64,000 nt of DNA, from contig OZ004612.1 in assembly GCA_963924565.1 (NCBI GenBank), positions 12,338,001 through 12,402,000 on the forward strand, read 5' to 3'. The notes beneath the pieces were generated by a model. The model made no database searches, was not told the DNA's origin, and saw only the letters and a program-made list of their open reading frames with translations. Positions within the stretch are counted from its first letter, which is position 1. Each line of letters begins with the position of its first letter. The position numbers were made by a program, and so were the translations under genes. Below, in pieces: positions 42,701 to 51,509 of this stretch. The DNA comes from Ascidiella aspersa (taxonomy: Eukaryota).

Positions 42701-45700
42701 CCCTGGTTTTGAAACTCAGCTGAGATGGGTGTGTGTGAAAATTAAGGTTTTAGGAAAAAAAAAATACGTTTTGATTATATCAGAATTCAGAAACTAGTTT
42801 GATGGAAACGAACTTGCACCGATTTTCTCAAGTGAAAATTGTCGAACCGTGGCCCTTGGAAAGTTTTATTGAAAACGAATAATTATTTAGTGCCTTAGAC
42901 CTCGCGTATTTAGTGCCTTAGACCTAAAATATTGATTGAATATGTTTTAAACAAGTGCCACAGATGTTTTCCTCATTTTAAAACCTGTTAATTTTTCAAA
43001 CGATTAAAAAACCAAACAAAATGTCGTCCTAGGTCCGCAACATGGTAGTTGGCATGACGCGCAACGCCAAAAGGGCGCACGAGAAAAGAATCGAGGATAT
43101 GCGCTCCGGGGCGCCGTCTGCCGGTGGCTACAATAACAACAACGTCTACCACTATGTGGCGCCCAAGTACAGGCGGCTTTCGTCAGGATCGAGGCGAACG
43201 AAGTAACTAAGGTCGACCCATTATTATTACAGTAGTTCTGGCTTTTATATGCGTGTTTCGAGCCGATTTAGAAGATATTATCTTTATCTATTCTTATTAT
43301 TCCCGTTGCGTGCTCGCTTTTTACATTTTGCGTTTTATCGTGACCCTTGCATGCTCCTGTCCGGATTACCTTTTTTGCGTTTTGTGTTATTTTTTGCCGC
43401 AGAGTTTTATTGTTTCTTTTGAAGCGCGAAGCATGAACATTATTATAAACGGTGCATGAAAAAAATGACTTTCAATGTAACAAACCTGCCAGTCAATAAC
43501 TTGTATATACAAAAGACAAACTTACTTAATACTCAATGTTTGGAAAATATCTCCGGAAGAGAAAAAAATTTCTAGTCTATAATTAATTTATATCTACATA
43601 AGACAAACCTGTAGTAGATGGGGTGAAAAGACTGTTTGCAGTGCTTGTCCCTTGACCGCTATTAGTCTTCACGTAGTCGGCGGCTTGTCCGCGAAAGTAG
43701 GAAACCTGGAAAAGTTAAAACCAAAAGTTTGAAGATCTAATCTACTGTAACTGGACGCACGAGTCCAAATCTACTTCAACATTAGCTCGTAGTTTAATTG
43801 GCTCCGGACTTGTCCCCTGCCTATTAACAAAACCTATATAGTTGGCACAATCTGTCATTTAAATCTCCATTTTGACAATAACAAAAAAAAAAACGATCGC
43901 AGTAAGTGAACCTAAAATAAACGTGACTAGGGTTCGGCTATGTCACCACATAATGAGTTACGGTAGTAAAGACCTTCCCTTTGGAAACAACAGATTGGAT
44001 TCAATTTAGGTGTGCTCTGTAACGAATGCTTTCAAACGCTTTGCATTTATTTAACAAAACAAGAAACATTACATTAACGGCGGCATTCCCGCCAGAGGGC
44101 GCCCGCAGCACCAGGGTCGTGTTGGTGACGTAATAGTTGACGTCAAGAAGAGAACCGGCCAAACAGTTTGTGGCAGCCGACACCGAAACCTCGCAAAACA
44201 ATGAAGAGCTATTCTGAAACGCCACCAGCGAACTGCGAAGGCATTGGCCGGTGAGGGAAGCCTGTAAATAAAGCAAAGCCGACTGAAATAAATTTACCTT
44301 CTATTTTATCAACTGCACAGCTATGTGGCCGCTCAAAACAGTCGGTTTCTTTTAGAGGCCGAGTTTTCCCTAATTTTAGCAAATAAAAGAGGATGATTTA
44401 ACACAGTAGTTAAGAAAAAGCGTTCTGGCTATCCATAAAATTAAGATGAGTTTACCCTTTTCTAATAAAACCATTCATTTTTGGGCTATGCCGAACATTT
44501 TCTTATTATCGTATTGCCCATAAGTTTAAAAAATACGTCCAAACCAGACCTGCGTAAACTACAACCCATTTTCAATAAAACTATTAGAGGAAAAAATAAG
44601 CCTTAACACCTTTTTTTTTATTTTAGAATATTATACATTACTCTTGTTAGGTATCCTCACCTATCCTATATACTCTTGCCAGCTTCTCAAAACAAGGCAG
44701 GGCGTAGCGTGGGGGGGTGTCTAGGAGTCTTGAACACAATTAAAATTAAAACACGTGACATTCGGAAGTGAATGAGTCAACGAGGTGTTGCGTTTTTCTA
44801 GCGAACAGGCAATTTTAAACAGCCGTATGCTACTAATAATCGCTGTTTTCAACGTCTAGAATACACGAAACGTAAAAATTTAATAAACTGTCCGAAGCGG
44901 CAATGTTTTTAATGTGATTAGGTCACGAGTCTTAAGCTAATTCGAAACCAAAATAAAACGCAAAATGCCGTTTTTCGTCTTTTGTTTGGTCGAACGTAAA
45001 CGCAGGATATTTTTTCTCTTTCGTTATTCGTTCAGGTTGGATATTAGCAAGTGCGTATTCGACAATTGACAACGCTAAGACAAACCTTCTTTCTTTTTTT
45101 CTTGCTAAAAACGTCGAGTTAGGCAGCTAATGGTCCTCGCTGTTCACTGTCTGCGCTAATATTCGATGTTGGTGTAACAACTGAAGTAGTTTCCTTAACG
45201 GTGAACTGTGACTGTCTTGCGCGTTTCAAACTCGCGATTTTTATGTTATGATAATTACCGCAAAATTTTTCTCTGTAGTATACTCTGAGACAGTGATTCC
45301 CAAACTGTGTGCCGCGGCACAACAGTGTGCCTCGAGAGATTGTCAAGTGTGCCATAATTTCGGAGAAGAGAGTATTTTTATCACCAATAGGCATACACAC
45401 CAGCATTTTAGACTTAAATACGCACTATTTATTGCAAATTAATAGTTTTGAGAGATTTACATATAGTTTGTCGTGTGTTAAGGGCAATTGTAAAATTACT
45501 GTATTGTTCTTCTGTTAAAAGTGTGCCGCGAAATAGTTAAGATTTTTTTAGTGTGCCGCGAGCCATAAAAGTTTGGAAAACACTGCTCTAAGACCACGTC
45601 TTTAGTGTACGATTGCACCTTATTTTCCATCAACAGCAGCTTGTTGTATTTTGCTGACTTGGCACACTGCTCAGCAGATGTTGCGATAATCGACACCCGG

Positions 45701-48700
45701 GAAAAACGATCTTCGTTTAGTTTTGCAGGTGGCGAAAGGCGTGCTTGTAATTTAGCGTACTCCCGTATATGAAACTTGGGACACTGCGCAGCTAATATTC
45801 CAATTATGATTCCACCAAAATCAATTACACACATTTCACGGTCTTTGTTTAGTTTTTCGCCTAAGGTTAACAATTGCACACCAAGGTTTCTTTTTATGAC
45901 GTCATTAAAATCACTAATTTATGACGTCATTATTCATTACCGACAGACGGAAAATAGGGGAATTCCCTAAGTTGAAATTTCGGGACACCCCCTTTTGAAA
46001 TGCGCTACGCGCCTGAAACAAGGCCATTATATAAAGATTCTTTTAAAATGAATCGCTAGTTGTATTATGTGTATTTAAGGTTCCGTTTTTGACCCAGTCC
46101 CGCCCAGATATTATCTGTTTCTCATGCGGCCCGCTGACAAAATATTTTCCATCCCTGGTCTAAACGCTACAAATGTTGGCTGACCTGTGGTAGCGTGAGG
46201 TAGCCGTTGGTAAGGGCGCCGTTAAGCATCAACTGGATCAAAACGGGGTCTCCGTTCCTGTAGCCAGTCACCTGGGTGGGCGGTTGCACAGACGAGACGC
46301 CAGGCGTGCCCGCGAACGAGAAAGTTGAAACGGTGGTCTGCGAAGCCACCGCGCTGAAAGTCGAAATGCTGGAAGGTTATGATTTTGTAACAGTAAAGGC
46401 CCGTTTACACTACAGCTGAGCTGGACGTCAAATTGCGTTAGTACTGTGCGGTAACAGACAAAGAAAAATCACTTTTACGCTTTGATGGTATGTCTAGCAA
46501 AGCGTGAAACGCTAGCCACAATAGAAATTAAATGTAAATTACGCTTTGATTAGCTTAGCGCAGCTGTAGTGTAAATGGCCCTAATTCCCGGTAAATTTCG
46601 ACCAATGCCAGGTCTTGACTGTCGGGTTACTTTTGTTCAGATGTCCTTAATTAAGAGGCGCAAAAAACTTCTTGTATAAAGAGCGATAATATTGGGTCTA
46701 TGCATCCCGCTTGCTAAGCCTGTTGTATGCTGTCTTATGCTTTATGTGCAGTTAGGTAGCTGAAAGAAGGTTTAGCATTATGTGATTTGTAAGGTTTTCG
46801 GCTGGCTAAAAAGCTAGGCAGTTTTTCTCTTTTATCTTTGTATTTGCTACTTTTGCGACAATGTTGGCTGTATTTAGTCAAAACAATTTGTTCACTTAAC
46901 GGAGACTTGTATGGCGGCAACCATGATACAGGTTCAGCATACAAAACAATCAGCTAACGAACACAGCTTCAAGTCTGTGTAACAAGACAGTCCCTACCTG
47001 AACTGGGTGTCGGAGACAGCGTACTGTCTCCCAGTCGTGTTGGCGTAAAACAGGCCGAGGTCGGGCGAGTTGAGTCGCTCTACGCATGTAAAGAGGTGCC
47101 AGTCTGGAACGTCGAAGCGCTGTGTTCCGCACAGGTTCGCGTCGTCCACCGTAAAGTTGCCGCCGAACGCGCCGCTCAGGCACTCGAACGTACTGAAGTC
47201 CTCGGGCGTGCAATCCTATGAAGTGTTTTATGCATTTATCGTTTACGGAGGGTACTTTTTACTCCAACAAATTCCGGGGTAGAGTGTCAAATGTTAAAAT
47301 ACTTAAAACAATTTTAAGTATTTGACGCTTTTACATGTATATTATATAATAGATATAACATAATCAGCAAATGCATTTTTCGTTTAAAAAATAAATTGGA
47401 TATTTGTTATAGTATGGTTTACTTGATGTCAAAAACTATCTACCCTGGAATTTAAACTATGGTCTAGTCTAGCATATTATGTGGTATCATTCTCTCGTGG
47501 ACCTTTATTAAATTGGCCGTTTTTAAGCACTTTATAAATTTGGAACATTTTTTTCCCGAGTTTTACCCCCAACTTTTGAGTACCTTTGTGAGTAATAAAC
47601 TAATTATTTTGAAAAAATAATAAAATCTTGGACAACATCAAGGTCATGGACAATAGTTTACAATGATCAACAAAATGCAAAAAACGATGACTGCTGAGTA
47701 AATCATTTTGGGAAGTTCAATATGTGATTGTTATGCATTTAAAATTACCAAAAAAAAAACTGTGTGAAAAACTGCTTGGAACATACTTTAAAACAAAGGG
47801 TCTACCATGACATAAATAAAATAAAGTTAAATGTTTTTATAAATACAACTCACAGAATCGCAACAGCAGTTGACATCGCAAGCTCCCTGAAGAAGGTCAC
47901 ATGAACATGGTGCAATATTTTGGTAGGCCGGATTGGGAAAAATGGTTGCTAAAGTTGTATGGGAGCAAAAGAAAAATAAATATAAAGCAGTAATATTTGA
48001 GTACTAAATTCAGGGCTTATAGAAGAAATAGGCAATTAGAAAATGGAGGAATATGTTTACAATAAACTGAAATTAGTACAAGCATTGAAGCAAAGCAAGG
48101 GTCCACTGTAATGCTATTTTAAAACATAAAAATTGTCATCTGGTAGCATTTGTAACAATTTTAACTAGCTCCAATACAAAATAATATTTATTAACCTTTT
48201 GCTGGAGCACTAAAATTTGCATTTACAACAATGTTGGGCTGCACATCCACGGTGATGATTGCAGCTGCATTAATATTAAGAGTGTTGCTACTGTCACAAC
48301 ACCAGACTACCAGGGTTTCTTGCAATCTTGTCAGTGGAAAAGTGCTCAACGTAACATCCATAGTGGAAAATGAAGATTCCTGACCAAAATATACAATTAA
48401 AATACCTAAACAGCACTACAAGTTTAAATACTATATTTAAATCTTGTAGTATTAATAATAATAATTTGTGAAAGCTTGTTTAAGTTAATAAGCCAATAAT
48501 GAACCCTTAGTAGTTTGTAAAACTGTGTTAGTTTGTTGACAAGTCAAACTGCTTTTGTATAAAAAAATAAAAAGTATTTTTTTTACCTTCTTTTAACTTT
48601 ACAAAATTAGACCATAAGAAGAAACAAAACACTTACAGGAACAGAAAATACCAAAGAAGGGAGCTGCCATCCACTTGTAGTATTTTGGTTTCCTAAAATA

Positions 48701-50550
48701 AGAAAAAATTACCAAACAAGTTTCATGTAGTTCGCCTTTAAATAGTAAATGTTAATTTTAAAGAATTAAACACCTTTTTAAACAAACATCCCACTAGAGC
48801 TAATTTAATTCACACAAAAGCTAATTTAATTTACGCAATTAGTATTCTACTTTAAACATGTAATAAATTTTAACTTACCACTGAAACAAAGATTTGAATT
48901 GGTGGTTTCAGCTGTAAAAAAATAACCCTGTTTACTAAACGCATATTTTAAAACTAGAAAATATCCTTTAAAAATAAATTTAAACTGCTAACTGCAAGTG
49001 TTAACATGAATTAAATTTGTTGCAATTAAAGTGTTAAGCTTTGTATGTGTATTCACAACAGAATCTGGCCCTCCAACAGAACACATAATGCCGACGATAA
49101 AAGTTCTAAAATTTATATATAAAAGCTTGAGAAGCGCACCGCTCCGAACAAAAATCAGTCAGCAAGGTCTAAAACTTTATTACAAATATGCATTTCGCCA
49201 TATAAATGGCATCATCAGTTTGTCTGTACAAATAAATAGTAAAAAATTAAAATGTAAATCTAAAATAAATTAATAAAATACATCCAAGATGAACAAAGAC
49301 AAAGACAGTCTGCGTATAAACCCCAACAACTACTATAAAAACAAAATTACAGTGTTATTAAGATATTTAATTTGTCAACCTTGTGTGACTACTTGTTGAA
49401 TAGAACAGTTGAATGATGCTGTTGTGTTTTGGTCCGGTATAAGCAGTAGTCGGAAAGTGTCTGTGTGCACCGACAGACTCGAAGGATATAGGGTGACACC
49501 TAAGAATAAAATAATTTTTTTTAAGACAAAGTGTGTCAGGATAAACGTTGTTCAAGGAATTTTTAAAGCAATAATTTTACTGTGACTAAATCCAACCTAA
49601 CCAGTAAATCAGTGTTATTTGTTTCACTCTAGAGCAGCGGTTCCAAACGGGGTCCGCAAAGAGGATTAGTCTTTAAGTTTTTCAACATTAGGCTTTAGCA
49701 AATGCTTCTAAATATTAGTCTATGTTTTAATCATTATCTGTCATCATTATTAGTCTTTATTTATGCTTTATTATTCGAAAATATAGCGTGTTTTATGTTG
49801 AACTACGTGCTATAGGCGAAAGTGTTTGCATTAGTTAAAAAGTTTTTACATGAGAAAGAATCGTGACTGGACTAGTGAACTACAAGAAACATGGGTCAAC
49901 TAACCCTTGAATTTTTATAGGGCCCAAAATATCAAAATAGTTGCAAAGGGCCCAATCGGTAAAATTTTTAGAAAAGTTTGGGAACCGCTGCTCTAGCATC
50001 CTGTTATATGTAAGGTACACAATGACTTTAAAATTGCTTAAGTGCACGTATAGATCTGCCCCAGTTTGAAAACGTTGTACTTTGCATGTGCTTTAAACAT
50101 GTACACTTGTAATAAATAACTGCTAAAATTTGCAAAGCTTCAATGTATTACTACCAACAACTCTACGCATTGCAGATATTTAACGCATAATTTGCTTTAC
50201 TTAAATATTATGGCTGACAAACATAACAGCAATTTCTACAATATGAATCCCATGCATGCAATTTTCATAAAATATACATTTCTATACATGAAATATATCA
50301 CAGAATTTGTACAATATCACGAATTGAAATATGGCTCACCTAATGGTTAGGTTAAACAGTTGAGATTAATGATAAAAAATATACTCTGTTTAAATCAACC
50401 AACCTTGTGCGCAGATCATATTCATTTGACAAGTAAACAAACTGCATAGCAGGAGCAATCCTGGAACACGTAGAGCTAATTCCATTTTTTTAGTCATTGA
50501 TATGCTTAAACTTTTGGATGGTTTGGCTAAAGCATTTGACCTGTGGACAT
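33788..50550 (-). CDS. TCTN2: Tectonic-2-like ciliary transition-zone protein (3'-partial)
   Basis: Thirteen phase-consistent exons on the minus strand: 50550-50541, 50460-50404, 49499-49380, 48911-48879, 48692-48637, 48379-48196, 47948-47854, 47215-46998, 46368-46185, 44261-44073, 43705-43609, 34627-34451, 33976-33788. Signal peptide [22 protein letters not shown]. Tectonic motifs [21 protein letters not shown] and [16 protein letters not shown]2-type segments [39 protein letters not shown] and LKIWQP. The last exon ends on a phase-1 GTAAGT donor. Confidence 0.9.
35340..35681 (+). promoter_or_regulatory. Putative promoter and non-coding first exon of the nested gene
   Basis: GTCACGTGA E-box at ~35345 and a strong donor AAG|GTAAGG at 35681/35682. 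The next acceptor, TTTTTAG|G at 36561/36562, is 10 nt before the ATG. Confidence 0.45.
36099..36487. mobile_element. Degenerate hAT MITE
   Basis: CAGGGGGAGTCGAACTTTT ... AAAAGGTTAAGAACCACTG termini. The TSD is not conserved. Confidence 0.55.
36572..43206 (+). CDS. Nested 609-aa Pro/Ser-rich protein with a C-terminal domain resembling the non-LTR retrotransposon ORF2 linker
   Basis: Seven phase-consistent coding exons: 36572-36844, 37618-37761, 38354-38733, 40303-40578, 41071-41219, 42128-42561, 43033-43206 (1830 nt, ends TAA), with GC-rich codons against AT-rich introns. Contains DSGYQS and [35 protein letters not shown]|[16 protein letters not shown]. Confidence 0.82.
39224..39451. mobile_element. 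hAT MITE
   Basis: CAGTGTTTCTTAAAC ... GTTTAAGAAGCATTA termini, internal GGGTGAA repeats, and a perfect 8-bp TSD CTTTAGGC (39216-39223 and 39452-39459). Confidence 0.85.
44698..46015. mobile_element. Non-autonomous hAT element (middle of the nest)
   Basis: TIRs CAGGGCGTAGCG / CGCTACGCGCCTG and a perfect 8-bp TSD AAACAAGG (44690-44697 and 46016-46023). Confidence 0.85.
45291..45585. mobile_element. hAT MITE (innermost of the nest)
   Basis: TIRs CAGTGATTCCCAAACT / AGTTTGGAAAACACTG, GTGTGCCGCG subterminal repeats, TSD CTCTGAGA / CTCTAAGA. Confidence 0.88.
46398..46581. mobile_element. PIF/Harbinger-like MITE
   Basis: ~25-bp TIRs GGCCCGTTTACACTACAGCTGAGCT / AGCGCAGCTGTAGTGTAAATGGCCC flanked by TAA-like trinucleotides. 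Confidence 0.7.
49635..49990. mobile_element. hAT MITE
   Basis: CAGCGGTTCCAAAC ... GTTTGGGAACCGCTG termini. Flanks CTCTAGAG and CTCTAGCA. Confidence 0.8.
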
Positions 50551-51509
50551 AGCTCAGTTAACACCCTTTTCACTTAAACCTAATATGTCGTTCGTCGAAC
50601 AAACATAGGGCAGTCTTCCGATTTTTAAATACTGCTGAACACCTGAAGCTTCTAATTTCTAACTTTGTGATGACTTTGTGTTGGCTAACTCCAGTTCTGC
50701 TGAACAAGCCAGTTTTCTGAAATGCTTAACTGAAATTGAATTCACATAGCTTGGGTTTGTTTCTACGCTACGGTTGAACTATTTACAAATCCCGCAGTTG
50801 AAACCGCCACTACCAGCCGTGACATCAAAACTAGTAAAAAAAATTGAAGGGGTTGTAATCGTATCTGAATTGAAAAACTGTAGGCAGATTTTAATATTGT
50901 ACTGTACCTATGTTAAATTTTGATGAATCGTATTAAAACATAACATAGGCCTGGTATTTTTATTTAGAACTTATTTAACCAATGATACAAAATGATAAAA
51001 CGGACATAAATCATTTAAAAAGAATCGTTATAAACATATTTTTGTAATTTCAGAGTTTACCAATTAATGAAAATTAATTTATTTGTTCTGTACTAATCGG
51101 TTTATAACTTTTTTAGCATTTCTGAAGATAGTTGGCATGCAACCGCGTTCCGTTCGTCGACCTTTGATTTTATTAAAGAGATGTGTTTAAACCTCTTTAT
51201 AATAACTAAGCCAATAAATAATTGAATATATAGCTAAACTAAAGATGTAAACCTAATGAGTATCATTTGTGAAACTTAGTCCATGTCAACTTGTAAAGTG
51301 ACGTCACAATATAGGCTGAACAATCAACCTTGATAAAGTAGGAACGTTTTTCAACATTTTCGTTTCTGAACTTACAGTTAGCATTGCGCCAGCCTGACAA
51401 ATAAAATGTATTTTTGCGTTCGAATGGGATCGAATTTCTTGATCTTGCTGTCAGCGGGAACTTTTGATTGGCAAAGAACTCTCGATATTGTAGCTGAGAA
51501 GCTTACAGA
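50551..51509. promoter_or_regulatory. Probable bidirectional promoter region between TCTN2 and the repeat-protein gene
   Basis: Divergent ATGs lie 960 bp apart. There is an X-box-like GTTGGCATGCAAC at 51131-51143 and a palindromic GTGACGTCAC at 51298-51307. Confidence 0.45.

Larger units (their letters stand above)
44545..46157. mobile_element. Outer, old hAT MITE interrupted by two nested insertions
   Basis: CAGACCTGCGTAAAC ... GCGGCCCGC..TTTTCCATCCCTG termini. Flanks GTCCAAAC and GTCTAAAC match at 7 of 8 positions. Confidence 0.6.
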
